A stretch of DNA of 63,065 nucleotides, the filler included, from Reticulomyxa filosa (Eukaryota > Protista > Foraminifera), in assembly GCA_000512085.1 (NCBI GenBank). It is 24 parts of 24 records of this genome, joined end to end, with 100 filler letters (N's around TTAATTAATTAA, not from the genome) between each part and the next. Parts side by side here need not be neighbours in the genome. Positions count along the whole stretch, not along the records: positions 40,061 to 42,060 come from ASPP01003759.1; positions 42,161 to 43,707 come from ASPP01007674.1; positions 43,808 to 49,155 come from ASPP01019027.1; positions 49,256 to 51,564 come from ASPP01013741.1; positions 51,665 to 52,664 come from ASPP01043347.1; 19 more parts are not named here. The stretch is one strand, 5' to 3'. The notes under the pieces were generated by a model, which saw nothing but the letters and a program-made list of their open reading frames with translations, did no database searches and was not told where the DNA came from. A program made the position numbers and the translations under genes. Positions 40,703-52,764 of the stretch are shown here, in pieces. Each line of letters opens with the position of its first letter. Within the stretch, counting starts at the first letter, position 1.

Positions 40703-41596
40703 ATACAAGTGATGAAAAAATATTGATACAAGTTTATTTTCCATTTTTCAATTATTTATTAATTTTTTTAGATCAAATCCATATGATAAAGCTGATATGA
40801 CATAAATTAGATGATAAAAAAATCAACAATATTATTACTTGAATTGTTGTAAGAGTTAGATATCATTGTTGAATTACTTTTGATATTTTGATTTATAAGA
40901 AACCATTCTCGCTTCTTCTTTATTAAAAGGAACTAATTGAAGTGAAAAACACGTATGCCTAAAAACATGGTTGTGTTGCTAAATCAAGCTTTACTCTCAA
41001 AATGAGTGAAACAAACTAACCGTTGTTCAAAAGCACGACCCCACGGTTTGCAACTTACCCTCTTAATTTTATTTTTTCACTACTCAAAAAAGTCACAACA
41101 TCTAGAATCTTGTTTGTCATATAGCTACAAATGTCCAAAATACACTTTATTTAACCTAAAAGGAAAACAAATCAAATGCTTATTTGTCATGCATTTAAAG
41201 TCTATGTTTAAATCAAGTAAGTTTTTCATTTAAAAATTATGGAAGATGATTCGATTTAAACAAACTTTTCAAGCCAAAACAATTGAAATTAAACATAAAA
41301 GTTGTTTTATTCTTCAAATAAAAAAGTTTCAATTCAAGTGTCGGCACCCAATTTAATAGAAACTTAATCCCAAAAAAAGGTAAATAACGTGATGAAAAAA
41401 CACAACTCATCGCTTATTTGCTATAGACTTTACAAAGGGATACAAAATATTTGATGAAATTGAACTGTATACCAACCACTCTTTGTTCTTTAAAAGGCAA
41501 AATAAAAAAAATAAATCAAAAAAATTGGAAAATGAAATAAAATAAATCCATCCAAAACGAACTCCTATCTATGTTCTTTTACTCATTCGCTCGTGT

Positions 41597-42060
41597 TCAT
41601 CCCCAAATATGAATGGAACCATTTCTTGAGCCGTAACATAGATTAACTTTACCATCACCATTTGTTGTTACATTAGTTTTTTCCTTTTTATTCAATGACA
41701 CAAATTTAAGACACATTATTCCATAATCATCTTTGTCATCTCCTTTGATTATATACAGCTCCTTCTTGTTTGATCGAACATCCCAAAAACGAACTGTATT
41801 ATCTTCTGATCCAGAACATATCACATTTGAACCGATGCCAACTTCGTTACTATTCTTTACAACAAATGGTGAATATTCAACAACATTCACATAATGTTTA
41901 TGTCCATTGAATATTTGAATTTGTTTACAAGATCGAATATCCCACATACGGATACTTTGATCATCTGATCCAGATAATATTGTATTTCCTAATTCATTTG
42001 ATCCATACTTTACACTTCCCACAGCTTGTTCATGTCCTTTGAATACAGTTAATTGCTTGG
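41597..42060 (-). CDS. WD40-repeat protein of the same family, 3' part, convergent with 40061-40702
   Basis: GHEQAVGSVKYGSNELGNTILSGSDDQSIRMWDIRSCKQIQ..., ending HIWG-stop. Confidence 0.95.
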
Positions 42061-42180
42061 NNNNNNNNNNNNNNNNNNNNNNNNNNNNNNNNNNNNNNNN
42101 NNNNTTAATTAATTAANNNNNNNNNNNNNNNNNNNNNNNNNNNNNNNNNNNNNNNNNNNNAAAAAAACAAAAAAAAAAAA

Positions 42181-42434
42181 GTAAAGCAAAACGAGGTGTG
42201 GCCAATGGCGTAAGACGAGCCCAAAAAGGACGCGACGAGACCAATGGCAAGTGCGATGCAGTCAAATAACATATGGCAGGCGTCGGAGATGAGACCCAGT
42301 GAATTGCTTAAATAACCGTAAATAAACTCTACGAACATGAATGTAAAGTTGATCACTAAAAAAAAAAAAATTCTTCGTGCTGATCGATCTGATTCCAGGT
42401 GGTCGTAGAACGAACGCAAGTATTGTAACTTCAT
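42181..42434 (-). CDS. Cation diffusion facilitator zinc transporter (ZnT5/ZnT7/Msc2 group), N-terminal part of the transporter domain
   Basis: RRIFFFLVINFTFMFVEFIYGYLSNSLGLISDACHMLFDCIALAIGLVAS (SLGLISD..HM.FDC signature). Confidence 0.9.
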
Positions 42435-44265
42435 GTACTCTGGCGGAACTTTGCAACACAGTCTATAGATCCATTTGTGAACGGCGAATTTGTTTATTAG
42501 GTTATTGCATAGAACTCGAATCTTCCAGCCCTTTGAGCGATGGTATGGACTTCATTTGTTCAGTTCATTCGTTCGTTTTTTTTAAAAAAAATTGTTTTGT
42601 GTTCTTGTTGCAAACGTTATTCAAGAAAATTTATATAATAAAGATGAATAACTCGGTCAACACAGGCAAATTCCAGGTATCAGGCAACCAGGGCTTTGTT
42701 TTGGGTTTTAACATCTTTTAATATTTGATTATCGTGCAAGAACACCTTTTTTTTTTGTACTTGTTTTTACCCCTGCCACACTGTGGGAACAGTGTAGTCG
42801 TTTGGCTGCGAATTTGGTGCAACGAGTCCTGTTTACAGCTAACTTTTTAAGGTTTAGTCTATTTAAGTTTTCAAAACTTTGGTACAATCATCTACGCTTT
42901 CAAATATTGTCTTCTTTGCGAGCTGCTCAAAGGAAAAAAGAAATGTTAAGAGCAAGAGAAGGAGAGTTTGCAAGATTCTGTGCAGAGGGCCACTTATTGC
43001 CACTGCAAAAACTGAAAAAAATTCATTCAAAAAATGCAATTCAAGGCACTGTTCTATATTGTTAAAGTAGCATTAAAAAGATTTATTTCTAACAATGAGC
43101 GCACTTGAACAAGAGAGAACAAATGCTATTCAATTTTTTTTAAAAAACAACAACCAAAACAAAAAAAAATAGTAATAATGGTAATCGATGCATATTCCAC
43201 GCAAACAAATACTAAGGATGCATACGTGACGAGCCACAAATTGAAGTCAGTTCTTAATTCCAAGTTTGTTAACAACACCCTTTTTCCTCTTGTTTTGACC
43301 TGTCTACCGCCACTGCCTCTTGTTTCGATTTTATCACATTGGGAACCCTTGGCAATGCAAAGAGTCGATGAAACAGGACAAACACACCGGATTAATATAC
43401 GTAATGATAATAGATTTGTAATGTAGATTTGCGTGATAAAGCACACAGTTAATTGGCACATAAACACATAAATCAGACATTAATGTTAAACTTTTTTCGG
43501 ATGGCTTGATTCGCAATATGATAAAATGCTTGGTCAACATTTGTTCCATCTTTAGCCGACGCCTATATATAATTTTCCGTCAACATAAGCATATACACAC
43601 GCAGCCATGAGACATAGATTATTTTTTACTTATGCAAATGCATTTGTACGTTTTCTTTCTGATTGGACTACAGCTGGGAAAATAGTAAGTTGCGACAAGG
43701 GAGGGGANNNNNNNNNNNNNNNNNNNNNNNNNNNNNNNNNNNNNNNNNNNNTTAATTAATTAANNNNNNNNNNNNNNNNNNNNNNNNNNNNNNNNNNNNN
43801 NNNNNNNTAATCTATGAAATGTAGAGCTTGGTAAAAAGACTAAGACAATTCAAAGGATATTCTCTCATGTTGTAAATTTATTGTATCATGTTCATTGGAT
43901 GATAAATTAGAATGTGGAAAAGATATTCAAATAATGTACGACATTTTCCAGATGGATGTTTTTCAAAATGGTAATACAATTGCATTGGGTTTAAAGGATT
44001 GCATAATTCAAATTTGGGGATTACAAAATCATATAAACAATAAAATCTTTCTCAATTTTTTTTTTTGGAATAATTTTTTGAAATGAGATTTGTAAAATGT
44101 CTCAAATATAGTACAATTGAAATAAAATTGGATAATTGATTGTGTAATTTTTTTAGAGTTATTACACATTAGATAGAACAACTACTCCATTTTTTTGTTT
44201 TTTTAAGTTAATCCCGACTTTTTTTTAAAAAAAAAACTGCCTAATAATTGTTCAATATTAACAAT

Positions 44266-46932
44266 ATGAGTAAACAAATCTTTCAAAGTTTGAAAGATTT
44301 ACCCACTTCACTTTTTGAATCTCAATGTGTACTACACAACATGAACTTCTCATTTGTGGAGGTACTCTTAAACGAGATTGCTTTCTTATCATACAATCAA
44401 AGATGAATACAAGTTTATCTGTTCGTATCCATCAAATGTTACATTACAAGGACACTGCGTAGTGAAATTAATAGATGGTAATGAAATAATTTTGTTATCT
44501 TTTGGTGGATATTATAAGCATACATTAATGATGAAATATACAAGTGTTTGGAACAAATCAAAAAAATTAAAGAAATTAAATAATTATAATCAATGGATTC
44601 CTTTTACAGATAAATATAATAATATTATTTATTTTGGAAAAGATAAAGATGATTATAAAGGAATGCGTGCAATAATTGGTGGAAGTAATAATAATTTATT
44701 ATTTATTACTTATAAAAAAAATATTAATGTATTTGATTTGAATAAATCTCAATTAATTAAACAAGATATTTTACCAATTAATAATGAAATATATTATCAT
44801 TGTCTTATATCAAAATTAGAAAATGAAGAAAAAAATTATAAAATGATATTATTTGGTTTTATGACAGGATTATCAATTGAATATAATGAAAATAATAATG
44901 ATTTTCAATTTAATCAATTATATATTTGTAATGATATTATATCATTTCATAAATACGCATATGTTTATATTAATGATGTTATATTATTTTTTGGTGGATA
45001 TAGTAAAAAAGATGGTAAAGATATTATTTCAAAATTAGTGCATAAATATTCAATTCGAGAAAATAAATGGACAACATTTTCAAATACTTTACCAAGTCAA
45101 TTACAAGATTGTATTGCAATATTGAGCAAAGATAAAAAAGATATACATATTATTGGAGGAAAAAATAAAAATCATATTGTATCAACACATATGAAAACAA
45201 AAGTAAGTGAATGGTTGAATGAAGAAGAAATAAAAAAAGGAATAGAATTGGAAATAGAAGAAAAGAATAAGAATGAGAATGAAAATGAAAATATAAAAGT
45301 TAAATTTAAATATTAAATATATTTATAATGATAATTAAATTGTAAATTATATAAAATGAAAATAGAAAAAAGAAGATAAAAAAAATTGGACAAAATGGTG
45401 GAAAGAAAAAAATGAAAAAGATAAAGAGGAAATTATTTCAAAATTTGAACAATTATCAATTAATAATTTTGAAATGTGGTTATTACATCAAAGTAAATGG
45501 AAACATGAATTAAATAATGAAAATATATATGCAATTTATGCTGCAATAGAATCTTATATTGATTATCATTTGATAAATGTTTTGTTTGTTTTTTTTTTTT
45601 TTTTAAAAATAAAAATAAAATTTTATAAATAATACAAAATAAAATAGGAAAAAAATAAAAAATGGATAAAATGGTTAAATCAAAAAGAACAAAAAGATAA
45701 AACAAAAATAATTGAAAATTTTGGAATAATGCAAAATGAACAATTTGCATTATGGTTATTAAATAAATGTAAATGGAAAAATGAAATAACAAAAGATGAT
45801 ATTGATTCTATTCGTTTTTCTATAGATATTTACTCTAATTTTATTACAACTAATCAAGATAATAAAGAAGAAGAAGTTAATTAAATTATGTATATATATA
45901 TTTTTTTTTTTAAAATAAAATAATGAATAAAATAAAATAGTGGATAGCATATATAATAATTGATGAAAGAAAAAAATTAATAAAAATGAAAGAATTAACA
46001 TTTGAAGAACTTTTACGTCAAAGTTATAATTGCTTGGAATTAAAACATTTCCAAAAAATGAGAAACGAATTTTTTAAAATGCAATTAGTTGATATGAAAA
46101 ATAATATTATTGAATCAGATGAATTTGTAAAAAAAGAATTTGAAAATAATGAACCTACATTTGAAATAATTTGGACTTTACTTCAACCAATAACAACTGG
46201 AAGAACAAAAATAATAAAAAATGCATTAGTAATAATGATTGCTATTAGTGAATATATTGATCAAAATGCATGGGTTAATCTTGATAGTGTTAAAGATAAT
46301 GATATCAATAATTTTAAAAGTATATTTAGCCAAGAATTAAATTATACATTTATATGTAATAAAAAATCTAAAATGAATAAAGAAGATGTATATGAATTTT
46401 TAACAGATTTAGTAGCCAAACATAAACTTCATAAAAATAAAAAAATTATGATGGAGTAATAATAATAATAACAGGACATGGAAATAAAGGAGATGTATTA
46501 GTAACAAGTGATGGAAAATCTATATCAATTGATGAAATTAGAGCATTATTTGATTGTAATCAAATGGAATCTTTAAAAGATTATCCTAAAATATTTATTA
46601 TTGATGTTTGTCGTGGTAATAATATTCCTGAAGCTAAAAACAATATTAAAACAAAAGGAAAAAGACAAGAAATACAAAATAATTTTCATAATGATAATGG
46701 TTTTTTAATGATATGGTCAACAACAAAAGGATATCAAGTAAGTGATTTGTCATTATTTAGTGAAAGTATGAAAAATACGATAATATCAAAGTATAAAATT
46801 GGTTATTCATTAAATCAGATGTTAAGAGATATTCGAAATGATATAAAGAGACAGGGTAGTGGCGAATGGTATTGTGTAGAGAGCCAAGACACGGTTGATT
46901 ATGACATAATTTTTCAACAAAGAAATAAGTAA
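44266..46932 (+). CDS. Kelch-like propeller + duplicated helical module + PB1-like domain + caspase-like (C14) protease, frameshifted (pseudogene or sequencing errors)
   Basis: ATG 44266. GG-containing Kelch blades (ICGG, SFGG, IIGG, FFGG, IIGG). Protease motifs NALVIMIAISEY, IIITGHG (His 46477-46479) and PKIFIIDVCRG (Cys 46609-46611). Single-base shifts near 44339, 44381 and 46445. Confidence 0.85.
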
Positions 46933-47324
46933 ATAATTCATTTGGAGACTTTTTTTTCATTAATTATTTTCAATGAATTTAATTATTTTTGTTTTGTTTG
47001 ATCATCAAAAACACTTTTAGCGTTTAAACTCACAAAAAAATCCTCTTTCCAAACTTAATGTTTGGGGGATGAACATACATATTAATGAATTAAGTTTTTC
47101 TTTATTTGTGTAAAAATGAAAAAATTTAATTTATTAAAAAAAAAGATTTGATCAAATGATCGACGGAAACAATGCTAAAAATTGGTTGGTTAAAAATTGA
47201 ACAGTTAGAAGGCATTGAATATTGAGTACACAAGAAGGTAAATTTGGATTAAAGACAATCTCTTTGTGGAATGCTTAAAAGATATATGTTAATTAATGGA
47301 AAAAAATTATTTTATTTGAAACTA

Positions 47325-48693
47325 TCAACAAATATGAATTGAATACCTGGTTGAACCATAACACAAATTAATATCACATACACTATCATTATTGCTTTTT
47401 TTATCCTTTCTTAATTGTAGGAATTTAAGACACATTATTCCGCCATCTCCATTAATAGTATACAATTCATTCTTGTTTGATCGAATATCCCAAAAGCGAA
47501 TTGTTCTATCCCATGATCCAGAACAAATTACATTTGAATTACCACTAACTTTACCAAGACACTTTACTGCAAATGGTGAATATTCAACAGATTGTACACT
47601 ATGTGTATGTCCATTGAACATTTGAATTTGTTTACCAGATCGAATATCCCACAAACAAACACTTTTATCATTTGATCCAGATAATATTGTATTTGCACAG
47701 CCAATATTTCCTAATTCATTTGATCCATATTTTACACTCATCACACGATCTTTATGCCCTTTGAATAAAATTAGTTGTTTGGTTGTTTCAATATCCCATA
47801 TTCGAATTGTTTTATCAGATGATCCAGAGCAAATAGTATATCCATTACCACTAATTACACCGATATTATTATTTTTATTATTGTTATTGCTTTGTAGTGG
47901 TGAAATATCCACACATTTAACAGTATCTGTATGTCCATTGAAAATATGTAAAGATTTGGATGTTTTAACATCCCATAAACGAATACTATCATCAGCAGAT
48001 CCAGAACACAAATATCGACCACCACTAAATGATGAAAATTCAATACAATTAATCCAATTTATATGTTCATTGAATACTTGTAATTGTTGATTATGTTTGA
48101 TATCACAAAAATAAATTGTATTGTCATGTAATGAAAAACAAATGACATTACGACGATTATTATGATAATGATATGGCGAAAATCTTGCACAATACACCCA
48201 ATCTGAATATCCACTGAATACTTGGATTTGTTGCTTGGTCTCTGCATTCCATACACGAGCAGTATTATCATATGATCCAGAACAAATGAATTGATCATTA
48301 TCAAATGTGAAAAAATCAATACTATTCACCCAATCTGTGTGTCCAGTGAAAATATTGGATGATTTAGATGATGAACAAAATATTTCAAAATTGAAAAAGT
48401 TATTTGCCTGTATTAAATTGTAAACATAACAAATAAATTTAAAATTGAATAAAATAAAAAATAAATAAACTTAACATATTTAACAATCATTTTGTCGAAA
48501 TTCTGAATCCATCCTAATTTAATATTTAATACTCTAATCCAATATTTAATAATTACTTCTTCTGTTGATAGATTTATCTTAATTTACAATCAATCAAATC
48601 TTAAAAATCAATTCTTTCTGAAAGACTGTGTAAAATGAAACATACCAGTTGTTGTTGTGTTGATGACTCTTTTTTGCTGACAGGATTTCCCAT
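47325..48693 (-). CDS. WD40-repeat protein of the expanded family, near complete (possibly decaying)
   Basis: ATG 48693, leader exon IIKYWIRVLNIKLGWIQNFDKMIVKY and about 7 WD blades. Ends IHIC-stop rather than the family IWG-stop. Confidence 0.9.
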
Positions 48694-49255
48694 TTTTTTT
48701 TAACTTTTGTTATTTTTTTCCTCTTAAGCTCCTTTTGATGATGACAAGTATGATGCAAGATTTAAACTTGGAACTTTTCTTTATTTATAAAGGGGCTTAC
48801 CAAACTAATATATAAAATAAAATAATTTGGCATATTTTACAAAAAACCATTTTAAAGAATTTTTAATTTGACATGGCCAATTTTAAAGTTGCAAATGAAA
48901 AATAGCTTAAACAATATTTTTTAAGTGTATAAAGTTTATTATATTAATGAATTGATAACACTTTTTTTTTCTTCATATCTTTCATTTTCATTAAATGTAA
49001 CAATTCTTTTTTTTTCTTTTACATACTGCGTGCTGATTTTAATAGCTCTATAAGCTTTTCTGAAGATTAAAGAAATGTGTTGACTTGAGCAAACATTCTT
49101 TAATCAATACAATTTTTGTGAAAAAGTACGGATTTGTTATTGAAAACATCAGACANNNNNNNNNNNNNNNNNNNNNNNNNNNNNNNNNNNNNNNNNNNNT
49201 TAATTAATTAANNNNNNNNNNNNNNNNNNNNNNNNNNNNNNNNNNNNNNNNNNNN

Positions 49256-49286
<31 letters not shown>

Positions 49287-49332
49287 AATGCAATATACTT
49301 AATCCTGGTATTAATATTCTATTGCAGGTAAA

Positions 49333-49422
49333 GCTCCATTACCAGGAGTAGCCCCATTACCAGGAGCAGCTCCATTGCCAGGCGTTGCTCCATTACCAGG
49401 TACAGCCCCATTACCGATTATA
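49333..49422 (+). repeat. 18-bp tandem repeat x5 encoding APLPG(V/A/T) in a terminal exon (49328-49530)
   Basis: GCTCCATTACCAGGAGTA-like units. The frame closes at TGA 49528-49530. Confidence 0.8.
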
Positions 49423-49735
49423 GACCCCTTACAAGGCAAATCTTCAGTACAGGGCAAAAAGACTGGTCACAATACGAACGCAGCCAAGAGTTTTGAAAAA
49501 ATGATTTATTTTAAAAAACCAAGAAATTGATGTGCTCTCCTCTTCTCCCCCTTTTTTGAACACACAAACACAAAATCTTTATGTTTCAAATTCTCTGTTC
49601 TCTTTTCATAACAACGCTGAACGGTTTAAACTTGCGTAAGAAATATGTACACAAATAATAATAATAATAATATGTATTGATAAATATATATATACATATA
49701 TATTTATATATATTATGTATATATGTGCGAATGCA

Positions 49736-51420
49736 ATGCAAGACTCGGAAATGAACAAAAGCAAAGTGCAACAAGGAATGATAAGTGAGATGCAAAGTTT
49801 GCTGATGAAAACAAAGCCGACGAAGAACGACAAGAAATTGGGTGCGATACGTGTGACCAACGAGGAGATCCAGTTGCAAGTGGGTGGAGGAAGGAGCTCA
49901 GTGCATGCAGTGGTGTTGAAAAAAGGTCGCTACCGCACGCTGCTGCTAACATCGGAATGGGACAAAAATTGGGTGAACACGTATCAAGTGTGGACCGCGT
50001 TTGAGCACATTGTGCAATATTTGATCAAACTCCAAAAGTTCAAGAACAAAGAGAGCGACAAAAAGGACGACGAGAAAAGCCAAGACAATTTTGTGGATTA
50101 TATGGAGATGCACAATAGTGATGGCGACAATGACGATAACGACGATGGCGATGCAGATGAACAAAAGGGGACGGGAAAAGCGCAGGCGCAACAAAGAATG
50201 TTACAATGGGGTACTGGTAGCTCACATGAAACCTTGTCCACCATCACGCCCGTAGACCTCACCAGTAGTGATCTGTACGACCAATTGTTGTCCATTAGCT
50301 CTTCCGCCAAACATACCCTTTTTCGAACCGCTTTTGGCAGGGTCTTTAGTTTTGGTTTTAATTCCTATGGGCAATTAGGTTATATATATATGTACATATA
50401 TATACATATACATATATATTATGCACGCTTTTATACACAAACACAAATTCAAATACAACAATACCAAAAATACGTATAACGAATATGCTCCCCTTTTTTT
50501 TTTTTTTAACTACTTTTTTTAGATACACGTGCATCACATAACCATATTGATATAATGTAATTAGGATTGGGCGATAGAGATAGTCGCAGTGCTCCAGCCC
50601 CCATTTTGGCGTTACAAGATAAAAATATTGTGTCCATTGAGTGTGGAAGTAATTACAGTCTGGCTGTTGACAGCAATGGCAATGTGTTACGTTTTTGTTT
50701 TGAAATTATATGTGAACATGGCAAACAAGTGAAATGTAAGCAAAAAAAAAAAAAAATTTGTTTGATGCAGGTATGTCTGGGGCCATACTGAGTACGGACA
50801 AATTGGTGTCAACGCAGACGCATTGGACGTGCTGAAAGCAAAAATGGACGAAAGAGCAAAGAAAAAGCTGCAAAAGCAAAGCAAGATAATACCTATTGAA
50901 AAGTTGCAAAGTGAATATCTTCCAACCGCTTCCAATTCGAAAACAACTTCTTCTGCTTCTGCCGTTGCTCCAATACCTGTGGCCAGTGTCTCATCTATCC
51001 CTCCTACTGTTCCGTTGACGGTTCCAATATCTTCCAATTCCAATTCCAATTCCAATTCCATTGCTACTTCGACCTCACAGTCACGATCACAGCCACAAGT
51101 CAACGAAGAAAAAAAGGAAGACGAAGACCCCGATGAAAATGAAGAAATTGACGAAGAAGCTACGAAATTGTTACAGTCATTGGTATTCGGGACATCCCAA
51201 CAACACTTTGTGGTCTCTCCCATTTTACTGCGAAGTTTGGAACGGTTCAAAATTATCAAAGTCACGGCGGGCAGTCATCACACACTGTGTTTGGACGAAT
51301 CGCATCAGGTCTGGGGTTTGGGGAAAAATGACTTTGGTCAACTTGGCTTGAATGATCCAAGTATCTCACAAACGTGCAATGCATGCGTGATGCCCTTCCA
51401 TCCCGAACAAGAAGAAGGGG
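49736..51420 (+). CDS. RCC1-repeat protein (multi-exon, 3' truncated)
   Basis: HTLFRTAFGRVFSFGFNSYGQLG|LGD, IVSIECGSNYSLAVDSNGN|VYVWGHTEYGQIG and IIKVTAGSHHTLCLDESHQVWGLGKNDFGQLG. Confidence 0.92.
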
Positions 51421-51524
51421 GTTTGTTATACGAACTGAACACATTGCATTTTTTTTTTTTTAATGCGCAACAACACGCAAAACTAAAAGAGGAAAAAAAT
51501 GCTGACTAATTTTATGTACCAATG

Positions 51525-51564
<40 letters not shown>

Positions 51565-52073
51565 NNNNNNNNNNNNNNNNNNNNNNNNNNNNNNNNNNNN
51601 NNNNNNNNTTAATTAATTAANNNNNNNNNNNNNNNNNNNNNNNNNNNNNNNNNNNNNNNNNNNNGCCTTAAATAATAATACTTTGAAAGGTTTAAAAAAA
51701 TTTCTTGCCCACCTTATAAAAGCTTGGTCGAAATTCTCCATAAAAGATAGGTATAGACACACTAGGATATCCACACTCTCTGCCATAAAACTGATTGTCA
51801 TAAACCCTTAACTTGACGCGTATGATCTTTCTGACAGACTCAAATTACTGGATGCCATTATACTCCATACTTTATCTATATATACACGAAATTGAGATAT
51901 ATAAAAGCATGCGTTTTTAAACCCAAGTTTTTCTTTAAGCTACCCCCCTTAGCCAACACTTTTGACTTTCTTTTAAAATATAGCTTAAAATAAGCTGCTT
52001 AATCGTCTTTTATCTTTGTTTTGGCTTATATTCTTTATATCAAAGCTTGTTTTAATGCTCTGCATTGGTTACT

Positions 52074-52664
52074 TCACATACCAAAGTCCATTTCATCTCT
52101 GCTGATACTATGCGAAGGCGTTCTTTGCGCTTGCTGAACGGGTGCAGGTTTATGCAGCTCTGCAGTATGAATATCCTTGTCATGTATCTGGCCTTCTTTA
52201 TTTGCTTTTATAGCTTTATTTCTCTGTGCGTTTGTTCCTTTTATTTCATGATCTATTTGTATTTCCCTATTATGCGATCCTGCTCTATTGTCTATGTACC
52301 TATTACCAATCCTTGTCATTGTTTTTAATCTTTCTATTCTTTTTATGGTATATTCACTCCATACTTTGCTTCATATTTTATCACTTCTTTGGCAATCATA
52401 TTTGCTTTATTATATTCCATTCCTTGCTTTTGATATTCCATTGCCAATTCTTTTAACTTTATCTCCTTATTATTAAACTCCATCATCACCTTATTTGTTT
52501 CTTCAGGAATATAAAATACACTATCTTTATTTGCTCGCCTTGAATCTATTGCCATTAATCTTTCTAATTTATCTTCTAATACTTCTTTATTCTTTACATC
52601 TGCAATACCTGTAATATTTATTTTGCTCTGTAAATGCTTCCTTAACTCTTCTTTCCTTAATACT
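52074..52664 (-). CDS. Intronless hypothetical protein C-terminus, possibly bacterial (one frameshift)
   Basis: ORFs 52343-52555 and 52074-52319 join with one base added at about 52345 (GVNIP/IKRIERLKTM). Ends SISRDEMDFGM-stop. Confidence 0.35.
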
Positions 52665-52764
52665 NNNNNNNNNNNNNNNNNNNNNNNNNNNNNNNNNNNN
52701 NNNNNNNNTTAATTAATTAANNNNNNNNNNNNNNNNNNNNNNNNNNNNNNNNNNNNNNNNNNNN

